Shown here one piece after another: positions 53,296-62,200 of a stretch of 64,000 nt of DNA (positions are counted from its first letter, which is position 1; the number at the start of each line of letters is the position of its first letter). Under the pieces are notes generated by a model. The model was not told the origin of the DNA. It saw only the letters and a list, made by a program, of their open reading frames with translations, and searched no databases. The position numbers were made by a program, and so were the translations under genes. Source of the stretch: Helicobacteraceae bacterium (GTDB lineage: Bacteria > Campylobacterota > Campylobacteria > Campylobacterales > Sulfurimonadaceae); the NCBI GenBank assembly GCA_027023805.1, contig JALVUF010000056.1, forward strand, positions 11,732 to 75,731, in the 5' to 3' direction.

Positions 53296-55050
53296 ATGAC
53301 AAAGAAATTTATAGATGTGATGGATACGACATTTAGAGACGGTTTCCAATCTGTTTTTGGAGGGCGTGTATTGATGGAAGATTTTTTACCGGCAGTAGAT
53401 TTTGCAAAAAAAGCTGGTATTAATCATTTTGAATTTGGAGGAGGTGCCAGATTTCAGTCACTATATTTCTATCTTAATGAAGATGCATTTGAGATGATGG
53501 ACAGGTTTCGAGCTATAGTAGGAGATAATGTAAATTTACAGACTCTCTCACGCGGCATCAATACAGTCACTCTTGAGACGGGTTCAAAAGAATTAATAGA
53601 TTTACACGCAAAACTATTTAAAAAACATGGAACCACGACCGTTAGAAATTTTGATGCGTTAAATGATGTTGATAATCTGATATATCCTGCTAAAAAGATA
53701 AAAAGTTATGGTCTAAAACACGAAGTAGTAATTACTATGATGGATCTTCCTCCAGGATGCCATGGTACTCATGACGTGGCATTTTATGAACAAACATTAA
53801 GAGATATACTTAACAGCGGTATGGAGTTTGACAGCATATGCTTTAAAGATGCAAGTGGTACGTCAAATCCAAATAAAGTATATGAAACTATTAAAATGGC
53901 AAGAGGGCTGTTGCCAAAAAATATGCATATTCGTCTGCACACACATGAAACGGCAGGCGTATCGGTTGCTGCGTATTTAGCTGCTCTTGAGGCCGGAGTT
54001 GATGGTATAGATTTGGCGGCAGCTCCTGTTAGCGGCGGGACATCCCAGCCTGATATATTAACTATGATGCATGCTCTAAAGGGGACAAAGTTCAATCTTG
54101 GCGGACTTGATCTTTACAAGATATTAAGATATGAAAAAGAGTTACAGCACTGTTTAAGTGATTATTTTGTCCCTCCTGAAGCTACCAAAGTCTCTTCAAT
54201 GATCCCATTTTCTCCGATGCCCGGAGGTGCGCTTACCGCCAATACGCAAATGATGCGTGATAACGGTATCTTTGATAAATTTTCACAGGTGATAGAAGCT
54301 ATGGGCGAAGTTGTGCATCGCGGGGGCTATGGTACATCTGTTACTCCTGTTTCACAGTTTTATTTCCAGCAGGCCCTTGAAAATGTTTTACAAGGTCCAT
54401 GGAAATCTATAGCTCCGGGTTTTGGCAAGATGGTTTTAGGATATTTTGGCAAAACACCGGTTAAACCGGATTCTGAGATTGTTAAACTTGCATCAAAACA
54501 ATTAAAACTTAAACCTACTACAAGAAAAGCACTTGATATTGCAGATGAAGATGAAACAAAATCATTAGCGTTTTGGCGTAAGCGATTAGAGGATGAAAAG
54601 ATTAAATTAACGGATGAAAATCTATTTATTGCTGCTGCCTGCCAAGATAAAGGGATAATATTTTTAAAAGGTGAAGCAAAAGTAAATGTTCGCAAACTTT
54701 CATCCATGCCAAAAGAATCAATATCACAAAAAAACAGTGGCAGCTATACCGTTTTAGTTGATGGACAGCGATTTAGCGTAGAGGTGGTAGATGCGGATGT
54801 GGAGATTTCAAACCATAAAACAAAAATAGAGGATAAAAACAGGATAAAATCATTAGTCCCGGGCAATATCTGGAAAATTCCGGTTAAAGTCGGTCAAAAA
54901 ATCAAGAAGGGTGATACAGTGGCTGTCGTAGAGTCTATGAAAATGGAGATAGATATTTCATCTAATATATCAGGTACTATCGAATCTATTGATGTAAAAA
55001 TAGGCGGTAAAATCTCAGAAGGCGATGTTATTGCTCATGTGAAGCCATAA
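53296..55050 (+). CDS. pycB: Pyruvate carboxylase subunit B / oxaloacetate decarboxylase alpha-type carboxyltransferase with a biotinyl domain
   Basis: 'DTTFRDGFQS' TIM-barrel carboxyltransferase, 'HTHETAGVS', and a C-terminal biotinyl motif 'VESMKMEI'. Confidence 0.9.
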   Translation: MTKKFIDVMDTTFRDGFQSVFGGRVLMEDFLPAVDFAKKAGINHFEFGGGARFQSLYFYLNEDAFEMMDRFRAIVGDNVNLQTLSRGINTVTLETGSKELIDLHAKLFKKHGTTTVRNFDALNDVDNLIYPAKKIKSYGLKHEVVITMMDLPPGCHGTHDVAFYEQTLRDILNSGMEFDSICFKDASGTSNPNKVYETIKMARGLLPKNMHIRLHTHETAGVSVAAYLAALEAGVDGIDLAAAPVSGGTSQPDILTMMHALKGTKFNLGGLDLYKILRYEKELQHCLSDYFVPPEATKVSSMIPFSPMPGGALTANTQMMRDNGIFDKFSQVIEAMGEVVHRGGYGTSVTPVSQFYFQQALENVLQGPWKSIAPGFGKMVLGYFGKTPVKPDSEIVKLASKQLKLKPTTRKALDIADEDETKSLAFWRKRLEDEKIKLTDENLFIAAACQDKGIIFLKGEAKVNVRKLSSMPKESISQKNSGSYTVLVDGQRFSVEVVDADVEISNHKTKIEDKNRIKSLVPGNIWKIPVKVGQKIKKGDTVAVVESMKMEIDISSNISGTIESIDVKIGGKISEGDVIAHVKP

Positions 55051-55978
55051 CTTTTACGATTAAAGGTATAATATCTTTACTTTTAGTTTTTTCGATAAAG
55101 CCGTCAGCGCCTAAAGAGATGGCTTCTCTTGCGTTTGTTGCACCGGTCATTGAGCTGTTTACGATAATGGGAATATTTTTGGTTTTTTGATTATCGCGCA
55201 GATTTTTGATAACCGTAAATCCTGAGAGCTCCGGCATCTCAATATCTGTGATGATAACAGGAATATCGCTTGAGTTTTCTTTATTGTTTATATAATCTAA
55301 GAGTAGTTTTCCATTGTTAAATATTTTAAAATCAAGCGATGCATTTTTAAAGATTGCGGACATATAATGCTGGGCGGTTTTTGAATCTTCAGCAATCAAG
55401 ATAGTTCCTTGCAAAAGTTTTTTTGGGATATTTAACTCATGTAATGCTGCTGCCCCCTCATAAACATCAACCATTGCTTGAGGTATCACATCTGCGAGTA
55501 ATTTTTCATAGTCTAAAACCAAACAAAGCGTACCGTCTTCAAGTCTTGTATCATTTACAACAACCCCTCCGCCTTGTCCTACGCTGTATGAATCAGGTGC
55601 ATGCATCTCATTCCAGTTGCGTTTTAACACCCTGTATGCAGACATAATTCTAAGACCAATCGTAATACCGTTAAAGTCACATATTAAGATATTTGATTTT
55701 AATAGTTGCTCTTTTGTCAGTGCAACACCAACCCATGCAGGAAGATTTAAGACAGGTATCTGCATATTTCTTAGTGTAATAGTTCCCTCTAAAAGTGGGT
55801 GAGAAGACGGCAGTTGTGTTAAATAATGGTTTTTAGACTCTACTACTTCTCTTGTTTTAAATACATTTATCGCATAATAAGGAGAATTTAGAGCATCTTG
55901 CGTTTGAAAAACAAGTAGCTGAACTTCATTATTTTTAGATAGATTGGTTGTGGCATCTACTTTATCTAGCATTGACAT
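55028..55978 (-). CDS. cheV: Chemotaxis coupling protein CheV (CheW-like plus receiver)
   Basis: The N-terminal CheW domain starts at 'LLVFQT..YAINVFKTREV'. C-terminal REC domain 'ILIAEDS...ITDIEMPELSG...K'. Confidence 0.9.
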   Translation of the reverse strand: MSMLDKVDATTNLSKNNEVQLLVFQTQDALNSPYYAINVFKTREVVESKNHYLTQLPSSHPLLEGTITLRNMQIPVLNLPAWVGVALTKEQLLKSNILICDFNGITIGLRIMSAYRVLKRNWNEMHAPDSYSVGQGGGVVVNDTRLEDGTLCLVLDYEKLLADVIPQAMVDVYEGAAALHELNIPKKLLQGTILIAEDSKTAQHYMSAIFKNASLDFKIFNNGKLLLDYINNKENSSDIPVIITDIEMPELSGFTVIKNLRDNQKTKNIPIIVNSSMTGATNAREAISLGADGFIEKTKSKDIIPLIVKVMASHEQ

Positions 55979-56030
55979 TTGACTACTCCTGAGTTATTAT
56001 ATCAAAAAATATATGAAGGCGTTATAAAAA

Positions 56031-57770
56031 ATGGTTCAAGCAAATCGAGAAAATATTACGGCATGTCCGTTGGATTGCTATGATGCATGTATTGTAGAGT
56101 ACAAAGACGGGAAGTTAAAAGGAACGACACAAGGCTATACAGGCGGATTTTTGTGCCCACATCTTAATCATTACGAAGTAAGAGAAAAAATTGTATCTGC
56201 ACAATATAATGGAGTAGATATTCCACTTAAAGAGGCGATTGACAAACTCATAGAAATATTAAAAAATTCAAATAAAACACTTCATTACAGAGGAAACGGA
56301 AATTTTGCTTTGATGCAGAGCATAACGGATCATTTTTTTGCACAAACAGGTGTTACTCTGACAGATGGCACGCTTTGTGACGGTGCAGGGGAGGCGGGTA
56401 TCATCCAAGGCAGAGGATATAATGACAATATATCGCCAAAGCAGATAAAGCAATCAGAAGTTGTGATCTTTTGGGGAAGAAATCCTCATACGACATCATC
56501 ACACCTACTGCCTTTGATTAAGGGTAAAAAAATTATAGTCATTGACCCTGTTAAAACACAAATGGCTAGTCATGCAGACATGCATATACAGATAAAACCT
56601 CATGGGGACTTACAGCTAGCCATGCTGCTAGCTCGGTTTTTACATATTGAAGGCGGTGTGGATGAAGAGTTTGTTCGTAAGTTTGCACCTGAGTATGAGG
56701 AATATTATGAGCTTACTCAAACAATCCGAATCAAAGCGACTCTTGAAGAGATAGATGTTACGCTTGGTCAAATCGGTGATATTTTACGGATAATTAAAGA
56801 TAAAAAGACAGTTATTGTCTGCGGTATAGGCATACAGAAATATCTAGACGGAGCAGATGTTATGCGCGCGATTGACGCTTTTGCCGTATTTCTTGGATTG
56901 TTTGGCAAAGAGGGGTGTGGCGTGGGTTATCTTGGCGATTCAAAAAAAGGCCTAGAGATTCCTTTTGCTAAACCCCGCAAAGTTGTAAGTAAAGTAGATA
57001 CGGCTTTTAGCAAATTTGACACTGTATTTATCCAAGGAGCCAATCCGCTCAATCAAATGCCAAATACTCTAAGAATACAAAATGAGCTTAAAAAAGTAAA
57101 AAATATTATCTATTTTGGTTTAGAAAAAAATGCAACCTCAGCAGTTGCAAATCTTATAATCCCCGCAAAAACATTTTTAGAAAAAAATGATATAAGAGCT
57201 TCATACAGTGATAACTATTTAGCGCCTATGCCAAAACAGATAGAAACAGATGTTGGCATCAGTGAGTATGATTTGACAAAAGCATTATGCAAAGCTTTTG
57301 GCGCAGAGATAGAAAGTGAAGAGTTTTATCTAAACTATTTTAAATCTTATTGTTATGAAGATAAAGAGGGAGTGCTTAGAAAAACAGATACAGAGCAACT
57401 GCCATATAAAAACGGCTTCAAAGATGAGTTTGAATTTTTACAGGAGATAGACCTTGATTTTGATATGAAAAATGATTATTTTTTGCTTACATGTAAATCG
57501 CCGCGAAGTTTAAACTCACAATTTAAAACAGAGCGTTATGTCTATCTTCATCCTTCACTTGGATTTAAAGATGGTCAAAAAGTAAAAATCTTATCTAAAG
57601 AGGGAGATGTTTGTTTACATGTAAAATGCGATGAAAGATTAAGAGCAGATTGTATTTTAATATATTCCGGCACACACGGGGTCAATAAGTTAACATCATC
57701 ACAAAAAAGTTATGACGCCAATAGTGCGGTTTATCAGCAAAACAAAGTACAAATTACTTTATTGTCTTAA
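56031..57770 (+). CDS. Cytoplasmic molybdopterin-dependent oxidoreductase (MopB superfamily), substrate unknown
   Basis: N-terminal Cys cluster 'CPLDCYDAC...C'. Molybdopterin-binding and C-terminal beta-barrel-like regions. No Tat signal and no partner subunit genes nearby. Confidence 0.75.
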   Translation: MVQANRENITACPLDCYDACIVEYKDGKLKGTTQGYTGGFLCPHLNHYEVREKIVSAQYNGVDIPLKEAIDKLIEILKNSNKTLHYRGNGNFALMQSITDHFFAQTGVTLTDGTLCDGAGEAGIIQGRGYNDNISPKQIKQSEVVIFWGRNPHTTSSHLLPLIKGKKIIVIDPVKTQMASHADMHIQIKPHGDLQLAMLLARFLHIEGGVDEEFVRKFAPEYEEYYELTQTIRIKATLEEIDVTLGQIGDILRIIKDKKTVIVCGIGIQKYLDGADVMRAIDAFAVFLGLFGKEGCGVGYLGDSKKGLEIPFAKPRKVVSKVDTAFSKFDTVFIQGANPLNQMPNTLRIQNELKKVKNIIYFGLEKNATSAVANLIIPAKTFLEKNDIRASYSDNYLAPMPKQIETDVGISEYDLTKALCKAFGAEIESEEFYLNYFKSYCYEDKEGVLRKTDTEQLPYKNGFKDEFEFLQEIDLDFDMKNDYFLLTCKSPRSLNSQFKTERYVYLHPSLGFKDGQKVKILSKEGDVCLHVKCDERLRADCILIYSGTHGVNKLTSSQKSYDANSAVYQQNKVQITLLS

Positions 57771-59264
57771 AATATTTTCTAAAATATCCAAAGAGGCAAT
57801 ACTGTATTTTTTGATATCAAGCAAGATTGACTCTAAATATACTGCATTATTGTATTTTTGTAAAAGTTCATCAAATATCGCTGTATCTATTTTTATCTCA
57901 TCGTTGCTTGCTACAACAAAATCATCACCATGAAGTCTAAAGATAAAATCGTTTGGATATTTATCTCTTAGCGTAGTTGCTATCTCTTTTAAAAGATCGT
58001 CTCCTTTTTTCCAGCCAAGAAGAGAATTTAATTGTGCAAAATTGTGTACAAAAATCACCTTCAAGTAAGCAAACTGATTATTTGCCTGATTTTGAATGAG
58101 TACGAGGTCAAGATAGGTGTGATTATATGTTTTAGTTGTTTGGTCTTGAAAATAAAATGCAAAGCGCTTTTCTTCCATTTCAGTTGATGGCAGCTGGAAG
58201 ATATTTGGATCAAGCTTGATATCTTTTAAAACTTCCACCCCGCATTTGGCTACTTTCGGGTCAAATTGAGTGCCGCTTAAACTTCGTATCTGCTCAAGAG
58301 CTTTTTGAAGGTTCATTCTTGGCTTATATATGCGGTTTGTAGTCATCGCATCAAAGGCATCGGCAAGTATCATGATACGTGAGAGCTCAGGAATTTTATC
58401 ACTCTTTAAGCCGCGGGGATATCCGTTGCCGTCATACCTTTCATGGTGAGAGCCCATGATTTTTGCCAGCTCTTTATACATTGGGATTTTAGATAGCAGC
58501 CCCTCACCGGTTACTACGTGTTGCTGTATCAGTTTGTACTCCAAAGCATCAAGTTTTCCCGGTTTTAGCAAAACAGCATCCGGCGTTTCTATCTTGCCTA
58601 TATCGTGCAGTATTCCTGCTCTGTAGAGCAGATCGCACTCTTGTTGGCTGTATCCCATTTTTTTTGCTATAAGCCTGCAGTATTTTGCAACTCTTTGTGA
58701 ATGTCCGCCGGTATAAGTATCTCTTTTTTCAACAAGTTCTACTAAAGATAAAAGTGTTTTTTCGTAATTATCTATTTTTTCCTCTTCAAGTTTCATGTTT
58801 TGTGACGTTTTTTGCTCTACTAGCTTTTGAAGATTGTCTTCATACTCTTTTTGCCTACGAAAAATATCTATCTTTTGTACAACTTTATATAGCAGTTCGT
58901 TTAATATGTCATAATTAATCGGCTTGATGATATAACCGCCCGCGTTTAAAGAGATAGCCTCTAAGAGATATGAGGTTTCAGAAAAAGCAGTCATAAATAA
59001 AATCTCTTGCATAGGGTTTATATCTTTTATCTCTTGTGCCATCTCAAGTCCGTTTTTGTTTGGCATCAAGATATCTGTTATGACTATATCAAACTTTTGT
59101 TTTTTATACTCCTTAAGCCCTAACTCACCATCAGGCGCATCTTTGACCTCTTTAAAAATTATCTTCAGATACGTGCTAACGGTTTTTCTTGTGTCTTTAT
59201 CATCCTCAACATATAAAACTGAGATTTTATTTCCTAATTTTTTTAACTCTTTGATGTACTGCAT
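57759..59264 (-). CDS. Response regulator: REC, then HD-GYP phosphodiesterase, then a degenerate GGDEF-like domain
   Basis: REC domain ('YVEDD', 'ITDILMP', 'IIKP'). HD-GYP domain ('GGHSQRV', 'ILHDIGK', 'HHERYDGNGYPRGL'). The C-terminal ~145 aa follows the GGDEF fold pattern but has 'HGDDF' in place of GG(D/E)EF. Confidence 0.85.
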   Translation of the reverse strand: MQYIKELKKLGNKISVLYVEDDKDTRKTVSTYLKIIFKEVKDAPDGELGLKEYKKQKFDIVITDILMPNKNGLEMAQEIKDINPMQEILFMTAFSETSYLLEAISLNAGGYIIKPINYDILNELLYKVVQKIDIFRRQKEYEDNLQKLVEQKTSQNMKLEEEKIDNYEKTLLSLVELVEKRDTYTGGHSQRVAKYCRLIAKKMGYSQQECDLLYRAGILHDIGKIETPDAVLLKPGKLDALEYKLIQQHVVTGEGLLSKIPMYKELAKIMGSHHERYDGNGYPRGLKSDKIPELSRIMILADAFDAMTTNRIYKPRMNLQKALEQIRSLSGTQFDPKVAKCGVEVLKDIKLDPNIFQLPSTEMEEKRFAFYFQDQTTKTYNHTYLDLVLIQNQANNQFAYLKVIFVHNFAQLNSLLGWKKGDDLLKEIATTLRDKYPNDFIFRLHGDDFVVASNDEIKIDTAIFDELLQKYNNAVYLESILLDIKKYSIASLDILENILRQ

Positions 59265-62200
59265 TACTCATTTTCCCTATCTAGCTCTATCTCAAAACAT
59301 GCACCGCCGTTTTCATTCCTCCAGCTAATATTACCGTCTAAATGTCTTGTGACAATAATCTCAGACATATACAGCCCTAGACCCGTTCCGTTTTTACCTT
59401 TTGTAGTCACATACGGCTGGGTTAATTTACTTATCACCTCTTTATCTATCCCGCCACCGCTGTCACAAATGCTGATATTTACTTTATCTTTAGATGTTTT
59501 AAGAGCTATTACTATATTTCTTTTAGCCGGATTTCGCTCTTTTATAGCATCTTTTGCATTGTTTACGATATTTAACAAAACCTGTATCAGTTGATTTTGA
59601 TATGTTTTTATTTTTATATCGCTTTGCTTTGGAAGCGTCAAGAAGATATCGTTATATTGTAATGCCTTACCGACAAGTGTGTTTAGTTTTTGAAAAATCG
59701 TATCCAGCAAAACCGCCTCTTTATGTTTATCGGGTTTAAAAAATTCTCTAAAATCATCTACTGTTTTTGAGAGATATTGGGTTTGGTTATCTATGGTTGC
59801 TATAAAATCTCTTAATACTTTTGGCTTTATACTCTCTTGTAAGTCAAGCATTGCATGTATATTGTTTGCCGACATTGCGATAACACCAAGGGGTTGTCTC
59901 CACTGATGAGCTATCATTGAGAGCATATCTCCCATAGCCGCCTGTCTTGATTGAGATATCATAATCTCTTCATTTTTTATCTTCTGTGTTATATCGATAT
60001 TTGTTGAAATAGCTAATCGTTTACCCTCTTTATCTTTAACGGATAAACTGGTAAGATAAGATAATATCGTTGTTTTTGTACCGTGTTTAGGTGTAATCGT
60101 TCGCTCGGTTAAGATAGTTTTTTTATTTTTAAATGCACTGTAGTAAAATTCAAGCGTTTGTTTTTGCTCTTCTTTGGTTTGAATCAGGGCTGATGAGAAG
60201 TCTGAAAGTGTTTTGGTGTTGCTCGTGCTTAATCCGGATAATTGTTCGAATTTTTTGTTTATCATAAGTATTTTACCGTCTTCATTATATACAACAATAA
60301 AAACAGGGATAGAATCAACAATATCTTTAAGCATCTTTTGGCTGTCTTGCAGTCTTAAAAAAAGAAGTTTAATCTCAGTAATATCCCGTATTGTTTTTAA
60401 CAAATATAAAGGCTTATCATGATCGTCATATACGACAGTGCCTGATACTTCTGCCCAGATAATCTTTTTTGATTTCGTTATAAATCTTTTTTGGATGCGG
60501 TACTCTTGACGCTCTTTGCTTAGTAACTGCTGTACCATCTTCATCTCTTTATCCAAATCCTCGGCAACTGTTACGTCTGCGGTAGATAAGTGTCGTAACT
60601 CTTGTTGCGAATAGCCTAAGAGAAGAGTAAGATAAGGGTTTGAATCAATCAAAACGCCGTCAAGACCGATATGTGCTATGCCTATGTCGGCTCTATCGAC
60701 AGTGATTTTATATATCTCCTCTTGTGCGTGCAGCTGTTTTTGAAGTATCTCTTTATCTGTTATATCATGAAAAGATAAAACAGCGCCCACTATCTTATTG
60801 TCTTGCTTGATAGGCGTTTGTATAACAGAAACGCGTATGGAAGTGCCGTCTTTGCGCCAATATAAATCTTTACCTATATAGGTAACACCTTTTTTTAAAT
60901 TGCGATGTTGCGTACACTCTTTAAACGGATAGATGGATCCGTCAGCTTTTGTGTGATGCCACAAAGCATGAGCATTTTTGCCTATTAGCTCACTTCTTGT
61001 AAACCCAAGCAGACTAACCGCCGCATCATTTACAAAAGTATGATTTCCGTTTATATCAAGTCCTATGATAGCATCTTGTGTTGAGTTTAAAATTAATGAG
61101 AGATTTTCTTTTAGCTTTTTATTTTGCTCTAGCGTAGAGGCTAATTTAGTATTTAGATTTTGCAGCTCTTTATTAGAGCTTTTTAACTCCTCATTAGAGG
61201 TTTCAAGCTCTTCTGCCTGACTTTGAAGTTCTTCATTTGAGCTTTGCAGCTCTTCATTTAGAAGTTGCATGTTTTCTTTATAAAGCACAGACTGCTGCTG
61301 CAGGGCATCATACTCTTCTTTGGCTTTTTTTAGTTTTAAGTTAAGATTTGTACAGATAAGAGTATTATCATTTTTTATAGAATTATCAATAAAAAATTCT
61401 ATCTCATTAACATCTATTTGTTGAAAATATAACAGAAAATTTAAAGTTCTGTCTTTAGGATTTAAAATAAAAGCGATAATGCGCACCAATACGGTTTTTT
61501 CAGCGTCAAGTTTTATCTCTATAAAACCTGTTTGCTGCGATATTTTTTCATTTGATGTATGTTGGAGTATATTTTGCAAATCATAGCGCAGCTCTTTATG
61601 TATGTTGTCTAAAATATTTAACGAGATAAATCCATCTGACATCTTAATAAAAGGCAAATCCCCTTTTTTATAGATGATGGAGTAATCTTCATCCAAAATT
61701 ATAAAATCCGGTTGAAAAAAATCGAACATTTTTTTAGATACTATTTTTTTAATATTTGTCAGCTTATCATTATTTATTTTTGCAAGAGAAATCTCTTTGT
61801 TTAATTTTTTGTGTTTGTTGAAATAATGCACTGATAGTTTTGGAGGATTTTGTAGTATTTTTTTTTGATAAATTTTTGTATCCACATCAATAAGTTTAAA
61901 ATATTTTACTTCAACGAGCGTTGCCTCCCATAGTCCAAGAAACAATATCCCGTTAGTTTTAAGCGCATTATAACAAAGCGCAAATATCTCTTTTTGCGTA
62001 TTTGGTTCGATATATATTAAAACATTTCTTAAACTTATGAGGTCTTGGTCTATAAAAGGAGGGTCGCTTAAAATATCGTGATGTGTAAAGATAATCTGCT
62101 CTTTGATAAGATCTTTTACCCTATAATCGCTATTTGTTTTTGTAAAATATTCGTTAAGGATTGAGTCCGGTATCTCTTTTATCTCATCTTGCGAATACAA

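Noticed and set aside
56031-57770. Selenocysteine or Tat export for the molybdoenzyme
   Set aside because: The ORF is continuous with no in-frame TGA. The N-terminus 'MVQANRENITACPLDC' has no RR motif or hydrophobic signal.
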